In this document: positions 18,811-29,800 of the stretch, in pieces
Numbering within the stretch: the stretch's first letter is position 1
Layout of the letters: every line of letters begins with the position of its first letter
NCBI GenBank assembly: GCA_016926835.1
Contig: JAFGNX010000116.1
Location: forward strand, 5,639-69,638
Length of the DNA stretch: 64,000 nt
Reading direction: 5' to 3'
Source: Candidatus Aminicenantes bacterium
GTDB lineage: Bacteria; Acidobacteriota; Aminicenantia; UBA2199
Notes under the pieces: generated by a model
Told to the model about the DNA's origin: nothing
Database searches by the model: none
The model's input: only the letters and a program-made list of their open reading frames with translations
Position numbers and translations under genes: made by a program

Positions 18811-19431
18811 TCATTCCACATCTCTGCGTCCTTCCATGGAACGGGCGATGGTTAACGCATCCACGTAATCCATATCCGCGCCTACTGGCAACCCCAGCGC
18901 GATGCGGGTGATGCGCAATCCGTTGGATTTGAGTTGTTCACTCAGGTAGTGGGCGGTTGCATTGCCTTCTGTGGTGGGGCTGGTGGCCAGAATGACCTCA
19001 CGCACACCACCGGCAGCGACACGTTTCAGTAATTCGGGGATTTTCAACTCATCCGGACCCATGCCCTGCACCGGTGATAGGTTTCCATGCAAAACATGAT
19101 ACAACCCATGGTAAAGATGGGTCTTTTCAATCGACAGGATGTTAAACGGTTCTTCCACTACACAGATCAGGCCCCTATCCCTGCGTTCATCGCGACAGAT
19201 TTCACAGGTTTCTTCCGTGGTCAAGGTGCGGCACTGGGAACAGAAACGCACGCTCCTGCGTGCCTCCAGAATGACGCGGGCCAATTCATCGGCTTTCTCT
19301 GGATCTGACTTCAGCAGATAAAAACCGATGCGCTGAGCTGATTTGCGCCCGATTCCCGGCAACCGGCTCAACACGGTCAGCAACCGTTCCAATGGCGGGG
19401 AAAATCCGTTCATGGGTTGTTCCCCGAACAC
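18811..19431 (-). CDS. recR: Recombination protein RecR
   Basis: HhH motif LSRLPGIGRKSAQRIGF, C4 zinc finger CSQC...CEIC, Toprim; 206 aa. Confidence 0.9.
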   Translation of the reverse strand: MFGEQPMNGFSPPLERLLTVLSRLPGIGRKSAQRIGFYLLKSDPEKADELARVILEARRSVRFCSQCRTLTTEETCEICRDERRDRGLICVVEEPFNILSIEKTHLYHGLYHVLHGNLSPVQGMGPDELKIPELLKRVAAGGVREVILATSPTTEGNATAHYLSEQLKSNGLRITRIALGLPVGADMDYVDALTIARSMEGRRDVE

Positions 19432-19746
19432 CTAGAAGGGCAGTCCGCCCGGGAGCCCCGGGATGCCCATACCACCCATCTGATTCTCAAGTTCCCCGTC
19501 TACCTTGGCCTGGGCGTCGTTAACCGCGGCGATAATGAGGTCCTGAAGCATTTCCACGTCATCCGGATCCACCACTTCGGGGGCGATGTGCAAGGATGTG
19601 ATGGCTTTGTGACCGTTCATATGCACCTGCACCATGCCTCCGCCTGCGTTTCCCTCCACGTCAAGGGCGTTCTTTTTTTCCTGTACCTCCCGAGCCATGT
19701 TCTGAGCCATCTGTATCATCTGATTGATGTTCGGCATCTTGGGCAT
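19432..19746 (-). CDS. ybaB: Nucleoid-associated protein YbaB/EbfC
   Basis: 104 aa YbaB family ([23 protein letters not shown]...[15 protein letters not shown]); strong RBS AAGGAGGAAGAG; start lies 86 nt inside dnaX 3' end. Confidence 0.85.
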   Translation of the reverse strand: MPKMPNINQMIQMAQNMAREVQEKKNALDVEGNAGGGMVQVHMNGHKAITSLHIAPEVVDPDDVEMLQDLIIAAVNDAQAKVDGELENQMGGMGIPGLPGGLPF

Positions 19747-21337
19747 CTCTTCCTCCTTGAACCTTATCGACGCTGATCATCTGCGCCCGGATCTGTTCAG
19801 CCAGGTTCTTGATATTGCGATCACTGCGCATCTCTTTTTCGACTTCCGCGCGTGTATCCCGCCCAACGGCCACCCGAATGGGCAGGCGGCGCCGGTAGCG
19901 TTTGGCCAGCGAACGCTCCAACGCGTCAAGATTTTCTTCCAACACGGATTTCACATGACCGTTGCCACCGTCCACCACCACGCTGACGCTGTCTCCGTCG
20001 CACTCCACGCTCGCGGCGCGAATATGCGACGCCAACCGGGGATTTTCCCTTTCCAGATCTTCAATCCACCAGGCACGTATGGTCTCTGCGCTGATATCGA
20101 GTGCTTCCGCCTGAGGTTCCGCCTTGTTTACCCCAGGGAAATCGTTATCGGCATTTCCGGCCGGCATTTCAGCAATCACCGAGTGAACGGAAGTTTCCCC
20201 TATCGATGCGTGTGTGTTCATTGCCCGTATGGCCTCTTCAATGGCAACCAGGTCCGGAAAGTAGGAGAGCTTTAAAAACAGGTACTCGAGAATGATACGC
20301 GGATTTTCCGTGTGGCGCACGGTCATTTCCATTTCCTTGGCGGCTTGAAAGTATCGCAGAAGTTCTTCTTCTTTGACATCAGCAAGAATTTCGCGAATCC
20401 GTGTCAGGTTCTCCGGGTTGAGATTGTGCAGACTGCCCGGATCCTCCATGCTGTGCACCACGATCAGATCGCGGAGAAACTTTAAATATTCTGCATAGAA
20501 AAAACGCAGATCCGCGCCGCGTTCCACCAACTCCTGTACGGACAGGATGATATCCTTGCGGCGACGCTGCAAAACGGATTCGGTTAACCGGATAAAAAGA
20601 TCTTCCTCGATCACTCCCAGAATATCCACCACATCCTCGTCACGCACATCTCCATTGGATAAGGCGATGGCCTGATCCAGAACCTTTTTGGCATCCCGCA
20701 GGCTCCCCTCAGATGAACGCGCGATCAGGAAAACGGCGTAATCGGAAACCTGAATTTTTTCACGCTTGCAGATTTCGCGCAACAAGCGGGCGATGACTTC
20801 AAAAGGGATGCGGCGAAACTCCAGATGCTGGCAGCGCGAAACAATGGTGGCGGGAATCTTGTGGAAATCGGTGGTCGCCATAATAAAGTAAGTATGCTCC
20901 GGTGGTTCTTCCACGGTTTTCAGCAACGCGTTCCAGGCCGAATTCGAAAGCATGTGCACTTCATCGATCACCACTACGCGATACCGGTTCTGCATCGGTT
21001 TGTATTTCACGGTTTCGCGCAAACGACGCACTTCTTCAACGCCGTTGTTGGACGCGCCATCGATTTCAATATAATCCGGCGACTGATCCGCCGTGATTTC
21101 CAGGCAGAAACGGCACTCGTTGCAGGGTTCACGGGAAGGCCCCTGCTCACAGTTCAACGCCTTGGCCAGAATACGTGCGGTGGACGTTTTTCCCACGCCT
21201 TTCATACCGGAAAATATCAGTGCCGGGTAGAGTTTGTCCATTTCCACCGCGTTTTGAAGTGTCTTGACCACGTGGGGTTGTCCGATCAGGTCGCTGAAGC
21301 GTTGGGGGCGATACTTTCGTGCCAGTGCCAGGTACAT
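19661..21337 (-). CDS. dnaX: DNA polymerase III subunit gamma/tau
   Basis: AAA+ clamp-loader N-terminus [12 protein letters not shown]...[21 protein letters not shown] with zinc module CNECRFC; acidic low-complexity C-terminus. Confidence 0.9.
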   Translation of the reverse strand: MYLALARKYRPQRFSDLIGQPHVVKTLQNAVEMDKLYPALIFSGMKGVGKTSTARILAKALNCEQGPSREPCNECRFCLEITADQSPDYIEIDGASNNGVEEVRRLRETVKYKPMQNRYRVVVIDEVHMLSNSAWNALLKTVEEPPEHTYFIMATTDFHKIPATIVSRCQHLEFRRIPFEVIARLLREICKREKIQVSDYAVFLIARSSEGSLRDAKKVLDQAIALSNGDVRDEDVVDILGVIEEDLFIRLTESVLQRRRKDIILSVQELVERGADLRFFYAEYLKFLRDLIVVHSMEDPGSLHNLNPENLTRIREILADVKEEELLRYFQAAKEMEMTVRHTENPRIILEYLFLKLSYFPDLVAIEEAIRAMNTHASIGETSVHSVIAEMPAGNADNDFPGVNKAEPQAEALDISAETIRAWWIEDLERENPRLASHIRAASVECDGDSVSVVVDGGNGHVKSVLEENLDALERSLAKRYRRRLPIRVAVGRDTRAEVEKEMRSDRNIKNLAEQIRAQMISVDKVQGGRDAQDAEHQSDDTDGSEHGSGGTGKKERP

Positions 21338-21407
21338 TTTCGTTTACGGTATCGTCATGATCACGTTGATGCCTTTGAAAAACGCTCTTCGCCCCAAACC
21401 GCGTCCG

Positions 21408-21524
21408 ATAAGAAAAAGAGATCCAGGAGATCCCGGTCGCTTGCCGGATTCCCCTTAGTGCTGCTCCCTCTCGGGCCTGACACGGTTCAAGGCCCGGCAC
21501 CGCCAGGCTCCTGGATCTCAAATA
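21408..21524 (-). ncRNA. ffs: Signal recognition particle RNA, small 4.5S type
   Basis: Minus-strand hairpin GATCCAGGAGCC...GUGUCAGGCCCGAGAGGGAGCAGC...GGATCTCCTGGATC containing the conserved domain IV motif (GUCAGG..GGAAGCAGC), followed by TCTTTTTCTT; position upstream of dnaX matches conserved ffs-dnaX-ybaB-recR synteny. Confidence 0.8.
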
Positions 21525-21539
21525 TGACAAAGAACGCAA

Positions 21540-21626
<87 letters not shown>

Positions 21627-21761
21627 GTAAAGAGGCATTGTACCCGGAAAGACCGTCAATTGCAATAGTCGATAGATCCTTATCGGGGGGGGGGTTCCCG
21701 TCTCCATTTTTCTTTGTGGTTGCCTCTTTTCATGTGACTTTTGTTGCCTCCCGAGCCTTGA

Positions 21762-22574
21762 ATGGGTATAATCATGACGAAAGAAACCATGCAAAACCCA
21801 TTTCTTCATATGGATTCTTACACCAGCCCGGATGCCGCCGTACCCTTGTTTCCCAGTCTGTGTTTCTATCCCTGGTTCATGCGCTTGATCTTTCGCTACA
21901 GCCGTGATGTGAAACGTGGCACCGCCGGTCCGGACTACTTTCCCGCCCGTTCTCTGGATGTGATCCACCGGATTGAACACTGCGGCGGCCGTTTTGTTGT
22001 GACCGGGTTGAAACACCTGCGTGAATTAAACGGTCCTGCCGTGTTTGTTTCCAATCACATGAGCACCCTCGAAACCGTGGCCCTGCCCGGATTCATCCAT
22101 TTGTTCCTGCCGGTCACTTTTGTGGTCAAGAGATCCCTGGTCAGAGGCTCCGTCTTTGGTCCCGTCATGCGCTCAAGAAATCCCGTGGTGGTGACGCGCC
22201 GCAATGCCCGCACCGACCTGATCGCGGTGTTGCGTGGTGGGAAACAACGATTGGACAGTGGCATTTCCATCATTCTTTTTCCACAGGGAACACGTTCACG
22301 ATCCTTTGATTCCGGTCAATTCAATTCTTTGGGCGTCAAACTGGCGCGCAGCGCCGGGGTCCCCCTGATACCGCTTGCACTGAAAACCGATTTCTGGGAA
22401 AACGGATTCCTGATAAAACCGATGGGGAACCTGCATCCTCAGCGCACCATCTTCTTTGACTTCGCTTCTCCTCTGGACCCGACCCTGGACTCAACCGCAA
22501 TGCATGAAAAGACCCTGGCCCATATCCGCAGCCGCCTTCTGGATTGGGGTTTGCCGCCTTCGCGGATTCACTGA
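21762..22574 (+). CDS. Lysophospholipid (1-acyl-glycerol-3-phosphate) acyltransferase, PlsC family
   Basis: NHMSTLE (HX4D-like block I) and FPQGTRS block III of PlsC-family acyltransferases; start uncertain (21762 or 21774), TATAAT lies within first codons suggesting possible leaderless mRNA. Confidence 0.65.
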   Translation: MGIIMTKETMQNPFLHMDSYTSPDAAVPLFPSLCFYPWFMRLIFRYSRDVKRGTAGPDYFPARSLDVIHRIEHCGGRFVVTGLKHLRELNGPAVFVSNHMSTLETVALPGFIHLFLPVTFVVKRSLVRGSVFGPVMRSRNPVVVTRRNARTDLIAVLRGGKQRLDSGISIILFPQGTRSRSFDSGQFNSLGVKLARSAGVPLIPLALKTDFWENGFLIKPMGNLHPQRTIFFDFASPLDPTLDSTAMHEKTLAHIRSRLLDWGLPPSRIH

Positions 22575-22582
22575 AAAAGCCA

Positions 22583-23413
22583 TTACCGCTCTTGTGATTG
22601 ATTCAGGTCGTGCAACAAGGCCCGGAGGATCCCCCCTTTACCGGGGGAAACCGAGGGAAACTCCCTTCTGATCATTTCAGGGGCATCCACGGTCACCGCC
22701 GCGCGGCCAACGGTTCTCAGCATGTCCAGGTCATTGTAATCGTTGCCTAACCCGACCGTGGCTTCCAGTGGAATTTTTCCGCGCCGGCATAACTCTTCTA
22801 TACCTGCCGCCTTGGATACACCCCGCGGCATGAGCTCAATCCACATGGATCGGTTATCCAACGGCGAGGTGGCACGGATGATGTGACAACTGGATCCCAG
22901 GACGCAACGCAACCGGTTCAGGTAGTTTTTTAAGGGCGGCACGATTACGATGAATTGAGACACACCCAATCCCATCCGGTTGGGGCTTTCAGGTCGAACC
23001 CGGGCGAATGCTCGATAACGGCGCAGGCGATGGGAAAAATCCGAACTTTCGTTGGTGAACCGGCTGTACCAGAACCAATGGTTGTGGGGCACGCGGCGAT
23101 GGATCATGTGGTTCAAGCGTCTTTGATCCAATACCTTGATGATTTCTTTCGCCCGTCCCAACGCCATGCCGGCCTGGTAAACCAGCTGTTGCCCCGGCCA
23201 GTCCATGATCCCCGCTCCGGAAGAAAACACAACGTGATCCACGGGGAAATCATTCGGAATTGCGTTGCGTAATGAGTGCAGACTTCGACCGGTGGCAATG
23301 ACCCGCGTGATTCCCATGCACCCGATTTCTTTCAAAATCCGGATATCCTGCTGATGAAATGTGCGGTCGCGATGCAAAAGGGTACCGTCCAGGTCGCAAA
23401 CCAGCATGCGCAT
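22583..23413 (-). CDS. HAD-superfamily hydrolase, Cof-like (IIB)
   Basis: Motif I MLVCDLDGTLL, motif II IATGRS, motif IV GLGNDYNDLDML with large cap insertion; start at MRML preferred. Confidence 0.7.
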   Translation of the reverse strand: MRMLVCDLDGTLLHRDRTFHQQDIRILKEIGCMGITRVIATGRSLHSLRNAIPNDFPVDHVVFSSGAGIMDWPGQQLVYQAGMALGRAKEIIKVLDQRRLNHMIHRRVPHNHWFWYSRFTNESSDFSHRLRRYRAFARVRPESPNRMGLGVSQFIVIVPPLKNYLNRLRCVLGSSCHIIRATSPLDNRSMWIELMPRGVSKAAGIEELCRRGKIPLEATVGLGNDYNDLDMLRTVGRAAVTVDAPEMIRREFPSVSPGKGGILRALLHDLNQSQER

Positions 23414-23540
23414 GCCGTTTGGAATGGGAAAAAAACGGGTACTTGTCAAGGTCAAACGATCATTGCTCCCGGAGCAATCTGAGTATCGGATTCATTGATT
23501 GTACCCCTTCTCCATCATCAACTTCAATGAATGGAATGGT

Positions 23541-25622
23541 TCAGTCCCGGCGGTCCCGTTCTTTTTTTTCTTCCAGAACCTTTTCCTCCAGGGCTCGGGG
23601 CAAGGGATTGTAGTTCAAGAACTCCATGGAATAGTTGGCCCGCCCACTAGACAGCGTGCGCAACACTGAGGCATAACCGAACATCTCCATCAGGGGGACC
23701 TTGCCTGATAATTTCTGTGAACCTTTGCGGTAACGTCTCATGTTATCGATGCGGCCGCGGCGTCGGTTGATATCACCAATGATATCGCCCATGAAGTCGT
23801 CCGGGGTGTTGATTTCTATTTTCATGACCGGTTCCAACAGCTGAGCCCCGGCTTTTTTTACCACCTCTTTCAACGCCTGCTGGGTGCATGCACGGAACGC
23901 CATCTCACTGGAGTCCACCGCGTGGTACGATCCGTCGGTGAGCACAAAGCGCACGTTCACCATTGGATAACCGGCGAGAAGCCCTTTGGCCATAGTATCC
24001 ACAAAAGCGCGTTCCACAGCCGGGATAAACTCCCTGGGAATATTGCCGCCCTTGACATGGTCCACAAATTCGAGCCCGCCCTTGTCATTGGGCTCAAGAC
24101 GGAATTCCACGTGGGCATATTGACCGTGCCCCCCGGTCTGCTTTTTGAACTTGTGTACGTGGCTGACTTCACGGGTAATGGTTTCCCGGAAAGCCACCGC
24201 GGGTTCTCCCACTTCCACCTCGACCTTGTGTTCCGTGCGCAGGCGATCCACAACCACTTCCAGGTGCAACTCCCCCATGCCCGAGACCACGGTTTCGCCG
24301 GTTTCATCATCAAAACGCACGCGGAACGAAGGATCTTCCATCGACATCTTGTTCAGGGCCACGGCCATGCGGTCACGGTCTTTCTGGGTAACCGGCTCGA
24401 TCTTCATATCCAGCACGGTGTCAGGCGTATGAATGGTCTCCAACAGAATGGGCTGGTCTTCGCTGCACAGAGTATTGCCCGTCATGGTGGATTTCATGCC
24501 GATGAGGGCGCCGATCGATCCGGCGCCCAGGACCTCCACCTCTTCACGCTTGCTGGCGTGAATGCGCATGATGCGCCCCACTCTTTCCCGCTTGGCCGTG
24601 GTTGAGTTGTACACGTAGGATCCCGCTTTCAACTCACCGGAATAGACACGGATAAAAGTCTGCTGGCCCACGAAGTTGTCGTTGATGATTTTAAACGCCA
24701 GGGCCGAGAAAGGCCGGTTGGATGAGGGCTTACGGCTTAACGTCTTCACCGGGTCCACCGGATCATGACCCAGGATGATGCCTCTGTCAATGGGAGACGG
24801 CAGGTAGTCCACCAAGGCGTCAAGCAACAACTGAATTCCCTTGTTCTTAAATGCGGAACCGCAGAAAACCGGTGTGATCAACAGGTTCAGCACGGCGTGC
24901 CGGGCGGCGTCACGGATATCCTCCGCACGGATCTCTTCCTCGTTGAGAAATTTTTCCATCAAAGGGTCACTGAAATCGGCAAGTGTTTCCACCAGCCGCT
25001 CCCGCATCTTCAAAGCGGTTTCGCGGTATTCTTCGGGGATCGCCACTTCGTGGCGTTCAATGCCGGAATATTCGTGTGCCGTGAGGCTGACCAGATCGAT
25101 AATTCCGTAAAAATCAGCCTCACTTCCCATGGGCAGCTGGAAGGGAATGGCGTTGGCGCCGAGCATTTCGTTCATCATGTCTACAGTTTGCGGCAGGTCG
25201 GCACCCTGCCGGTCCATCTTGTTGACAAAGGCAATGCGAGGCACTTTGTAGCGATCCGCCTGGTGCCATACGGTTTCACTCTGGGGTTCCACCCCCCCGA
25301 CTCCACAGAACACCATGACAATTCCATCCAGCACACGCAGGGATCGCTCAACTTCCAGGGTGAAATCGATGTGTCCCGGAGTATCGATGATGTTGATGGT
25401 ATGGTCGTTCCAGAAAGTGGTGATGGCGGCGGATGAAATGGTGATTCCGCGTTCCTGTTCCTGTTTCATGAAATCCATCACCGCCTGCCCGTCATGGACC
25501 TCCCCCATTTTGCGCGTTCGCCCCGTAAAAAACAGAATGCGTTCCGTGGTGGTGGTCTTACCGGCGTCGATATGGGCGACAATACCGATATTGCGGATCT
25601 TCTGTATCCTGGGTGTGTCCAT
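23541..25622 (-). CDS. fusA: Elongation factor G paralog (EF-G2-like translational GTPase)
   Basis: 693 aa; G-domain [27 protein letters not shown]; stands alone (not in rpsL-rpsG-fusA-tuf context) so likely a second EF-G. Confidence 0.85.
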   Translation of the reverse strand: MDTPRIQKIRNIGIVAHIDAGKTTTTERILFFTGRTRKMGEVHDGQAVMDFMKQEQERGITISSAAITTFWNDHTINIIDTPGHIDFTLEVERSLRVLDGIVMVFCGVGGVEPQSETVWHQADRYKVPRIAFVNKMDRQGADLPQTVDMMNEMLGANAIPFQLPMGSEADFYGIIDLVSLTAHEYSGIERHEVAIPEEYRETALKMRERLVETLADFSDPLMEKFLNEEEIRAEDIRDAARHAVLNLLITPVFCGSAFKNKGIQLLLDALVDYLPSPIDRGIILGHDPVDPVKTLSRKPSSNRPFSALAFKIINDNFVGQQTFIRVYSGELKAGSYVYNSTTAKRERVGRIMRIHASKREEVEVLGAGSIGALIGMKSTMTGNTLCSEDQPILLETIHTPDTVLDMKIEPVTQKDRDRMAVALNKMSMEDPSFRVRFDDETGETVVSGMGELHLEVVVDRLRTEHKVEVEVGEPAVAFRETITREVSHVHKFKKQTGGHGQYAHVEFRLEPNDKGGLEFVDHVKGGNIPREFIPAVERAFVDTMAKGLLAGYPMVNVRFVLTDGSYHAVDSSEMAFRACTQQALKEVVKKAGAQLLEPVMKIEINTPDDFMGDIIGDINRRRGRIDNMRRYRKGSQKLSGKVPLMEMFGYASVLRTLSSGRANYSMEFLNYNPLPRALEEKVLEEKKERDRRD

Positions 25623-25787
25623 TTCTTTTCTTCTCCTGGTTCAGCCTGTTGATTGATACTCTATTCAGCCGCCACGGAAAATAGACTCAAAAGATCAATT
25701 CTCCGAATGGGGGTGTGAGGAGGGAATCCGTATATCAACCTCTCTATTATACCAGATTCATTCGCAGGAGTAAACCGGAACAGACGC

Positions 25788-26234
25788 CTATCCGCTGCGT
25801 TGCCGAAAACGTACTAACCCTTGCCGAATAATCAGAATCGCGGGAATCAAGAAAAGCAAATCGCGAATGATCAGTTCAAGCATTGCCCCCCTGTGCGATC
25901 CGGTCGTGGTGGTGAAACAACCGCAGTCAATACTCAGCCCACGAAACAGGTTGATTCCCAGAGCAGCGATAAAAACCAGCAAAAGGCCGCCCAATACCAG
26001 CGCGGCGCCATGAACAAACACGCCGGTTACCAGGAAAACCCCGGCCAGAAGTTCCAGCCAGGGCAGCCATACAGCCAGGGGGTGAATCATCCAGGCGGGG
26101 AGTAATTGATAATTGTAAAGAATATCGGCGAATGCGGCGGGGTGTGCGATCTTGTCCAGGCTGGCGTAAATAAAAACCCCGCCCAATACCAGGCGACAAG
26201 CCAACAGCATCCACTTCCAGGTCCGGCTGGTCAC
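25788..26234 (-). CDS. DoxX/MauE-family membrane protein
   Basis: 148 aa, 4 TM helices, DoxX-like LVLGGVFIYASLDKI N-terminus; 4-nt overlap with upstream rhodanese gene. Confidence 0.6.
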   Translation of the reverse strand: MTSRTWKWMLLACRLVLGGVFIYASLDKIAHPAAFADILYNYQLLPAWMIHPLAVWLPWLELLAGVFLVTGVFVHGAALVLGGLLLVFIAALGINLFRGLSIDCGCFTTTTGSHRGAMLELIIRDLLFLIPAILIIRQGLVRFRQRSG

Positions 26235-26773
26235 TTCACGTCTCCTGCCGTAGTTTCAACCCCATTTCCCGCGGAACGCCAGCCTGTAATCCCTCCATCA
26301 TAGACCATTACATCGTGAACACCTCTGTCTTGCAGCCATGAAGCCAGGTAAGCCGAATCCAGGCACTCCGGGTCAATGCAATAGGTGACCACGGTGAGAC
26401 CGGCATGCAACTCATCCTGGAGCTCATCGTAAGCGGACTCCTTGCGGCTGAGCGGCAGGTTGCGGGATCCGGGAATGTGGCCTTGCCGGTAAGCCGACTC
26501 TTCCCTGGCATCCACCAACACCACCATGCCCGCTTCCAGCAAGGCTTTCAGGGTATCCAGATCGATCCTTGAGACATCGCGCAAAGGTGTTTGTTCAATC
26601 TCGGGCTGCGGTTGATAGGCGGAAGTCAGGGGCAAGCCATGGTTGCGCAGAACGTTGAACCCCAAGGCAACCACCAGGCTGGCTGCCATGATCAGAACGA
26701 TTTCGACAAGGGTGTGCCTGAGAAAACGTTTCATATTAGACGATATTTTACGGTACTGCCCCACCCTTGTCAA
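26231..26773 (-). CDS. Membrane-anchored rhodanese-domain protein
   Basis: N-terminal TM then rhodanese fold (LVDAREESAYRQGHIPGSRNLPL ... VVTYCIDPEC ... DGGITGW). Confidence 0.65.
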   Translation of the reverse strand: MTRVGQYRKISSNMKRFLRHTLVEIVLIMAASLVVALGFNVLRNHGLPLTSAYQPQPEIEQTPLRDVSRIDLDTLKALLEAGMVVLVDAREESAYRQGHIPGSRNLPLSRKESAYDELQDELHAGLTVVTYCIDPECLDSAYLASWLQDRGVHDVMVYDGGITGWRSAGNGVETTAGDVK

Positions 26774-26791
26774 CCGGCACTTTCCAACAGT

Positions 26792-26833
26792 CCGCTCGAG
26801 TTTGGGGGCGATCAGTCCCCCAAACCCGAGCGG
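26792..26833 (-). terminator. Strong 17-bp hairpin downstream of RND operon (no U-tract)
   Basis: ccgctcgagtttggggg-cgatcagt-cccccaaacccgagcgg; sits between RND operon end and the rhodanese promoter TTGACA-17-TAAAAT. Confidence 0.45.
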
Positions 26834-26844
26834 TATTTGTTTGC

Positions 26845-29800
26845 TCAGTTTCTCAGGGTGTTGATTTCGGCCTTGGGCACGCGCGAGAAGTAGGTATAAA
26901 GGATGGGAACCAAGAAAAGGGTGAGCAGCGTGGATGCCAGCAGACCGCCGATCAGGGCGATGGCCATGGGCGAACGCATCTCTGCTCCCTCGGTAGTTGC
27001 CAATGCCATTGGCAACATGCCCAGCATGGTGGACAAAGCCGTAATCAGGATGGGACGCAGACGAACCACGGCGCCTTCGATAATGGAACCCAGAGCGCTT
27101 CCGCCTGCGCGGATCAACTGGTTGATGTAATCCACCATGACGATGCCGTTGTTTACCACGATACCGGCCAGCATCACAAAACCCATGATGGCCGGAAGGC
27201 TGACATTTTTGCCGGTCAGGGCCAGAAATACAACCACACCGATAAAGGCCGGTGGAATGGTAAACATGATAATGAACGGATATTTCAGGCTTTCGAACTG
27301 AGAAGCCATGACGGCATACACCAGCACCACGGCCAGCAACAATGCCAGGAGCATGGTCGCGAATGATTCCATCATCTCTTTGTATTGACCGCCCATTTCG
27401 TAGAAATAGCCTTCCGGCATGCTTTCCGTGACAGGGCTCGCTGCAGCCATGATATCGTCAACCACACTGGTGAGATCACGATCCACATAGCCGGCAGTGA
27501 CGCTGACTTTGCGAACCTGGTTTTCGCGGTCGATGCGCACGGCTCCGGTGGTGCGCACGAAATCCGCCACCTGGCCCAGATAAACCTTGTGTCCTGTCGG
27601 GGTCATAATGGGCAGCCGGCGCAATTGTTCCACTGTCGCCCGGTCTTCTTCGCGGATTCGCACGCGGATGTCGCGCTCTTCACCTTTCAAGTGCATGCGG
27701 CTTACCACTGTGCCGATGGTCATAGTTCGCACCTGGCTGGAGATGTCGTAGGGTGTCAGGCCCAGGCGGGACAGTTCCTCTTTTCGTAATACCAGGCGGA
27801 TTTCGGGCTTGCGTTCATCCAGGCTGGTTTCCACGTCTCGGATTCCCTTTACTTTCTTGATGGAGTCCGCGACCCGGTCTGCGATGGATTCGAGGGTTTC
27901 CAAATCACGTCCGAAAAAGGCGAATTCAATGGGGCTAGCTGATGACTGGCCCATGCTGGCCGAAGCGATGTCCACGGCCTGGATGCGCCCCTTTTCCATC
28001 TCGGGGAAATGACGTCGCCATTCCTCCAGAATCTGTTGATCCGTAATGTCTCGTTGGCTGCTGGTTTTGAGATAGGCCCACAGGGTGGCTTCATAAGAAC
28101 CGGCGGGATTGAATCCCGATGCGGAATCCTGGGCATTCTCCGCGCTCATGCCCACTGATATCATGGTGGAAAGAACGTTGGGGTCCTTGAGGGACTGCTT
28201 TTCCAAATAGCGGATCACCCGGTCGGTCTCCGCCAGGTTGGTGCCCACGGGCATGCGCAGTTTCAGGAAAATCATGGCCCGATCACTCTGGGGCATGAAC
28301 TCACCCCCCAGATTGGCGGCCAGCACCAAAGACAACACAAATATCGCCAGGACGGAAATCATTACAGTACGACGATGGCCCAGAGCCCATTCCAGGCGGG
28401 CACGATACCACTTTCTAGCGCCGGCGAAACGTTTACGGCCCAGATCTGTAACCTTTTTCCCGTCTCCTTTTTTGGTTTTAAACAGCCACGAGGCCAGCAT
28501 GGGGATGATGGTCAGGGCGACAAAAAGGGAAGACAGCAGTGAAAATGCCACGGCCACGGCCAATTCTCTTGACATGTCGCCGGACATGCCTTTGGCCAGG
28601 GCCATGGGGAAAAACACGGCAATGGTGGTCAAGGTGGAAGCGATGATGGCCGTACCCACTTCGGAAGTGCCGATGCGGGCCGACTCAAAGGGGGTTTTAC
28701 CCATTTCCAGATGACGGAAAATATTCTCGATTACCACTACGGCGTTGTCCACCAGCATGCCCACCCCCAGGGCCAGGCCGCCCAGGGTGATCAGGTTCAG
28801 GGTGAAACCGGACAGGTAAAGGGCGATAAACGTGGAAACCACGGACAGGGGAATGGCAATGCCGATGGCGATGGTGGGCCGCAGATTGCGCAGGAATAAA
28901 AAGATCAACAGCATGGCCAGAACGCCACCCACCAGGATGTTGTTTGCGCTTTTCTCGGTCATGATCTCGATAATACGCGAGAAATCCATACCCACGGAAA
29001 ACTCCAGGTCCGGATCCAGGGTGGGTCGGATCTTTTCAAGGGCGTCTTTTACCCGCCGTGCCACCAATACCGTGTTGCCCCCGGAACTCTTGGTAATGAT
29101 GAGATGTACGCCTTTGGTACCCTGCACGCGTACCAGGTTGCGGATTTCCTTGTTGGTTTCAGCCACTGTGGCGATGTCGTGCAGAAAGATGGGTTCACCG
29201 CGGCGACCGGCTCCCACCACAATGTTTCCGATCTCACTGGTTTTTTCGAATTCACCGATGGTGCGGATAAGGAATTCACCATGCCGCTCGTCGATATAAC
29301 CGGACGGCAGGTTGATATTGGAAGCCTGGACGGCCCGCTCCACCTGGGTGATGGACAACCCGCGGGATTCGAGCTTGCCCTTATCCACGTTGACCCGGAC
29401 TTCGAGCTCTTCCGATGAAAACACAATGGCGGAGGCTACGCCTTCCAGTCGTTCCAGGCGAGTGGCGACTTCGTCGTCAATGTAATCCTTCAGATCGCGT
29501 AAGTCCCGCTTTCCCCCGGTAATGCCGTACATCATGATGGGCATGTCAGCGAAATTGAATTTAACCACCATGGGCTGGTCAGCCCCATCGGGCAGGTAGT
29601 TCTCAAACAGGCCGATTTTGTCGCGTACGTCCTGGGCGGCGAAATCCAGATTGGTACCGGATTCGAACTCCACCATGATCATGGAAACCCCTTCCTGGGA
29701 AATGGAATCCAATTCCTTGACATTGCTGACTGTGGACACCCACTGCTCAAGGGGTCGGGTGATGCTTTCCTCGATATCTTCGGAAGAAACTCCGGTGTAT

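Noticed and set aside
23461-23480. Hairpin ATTGCTCC-C-GGAGCAAT between fusA paralog and HAD gene
   Set aside because: Loop too short for a stable hairpin as drawn and no flanking U-tract on either strand; not called as a terminator.
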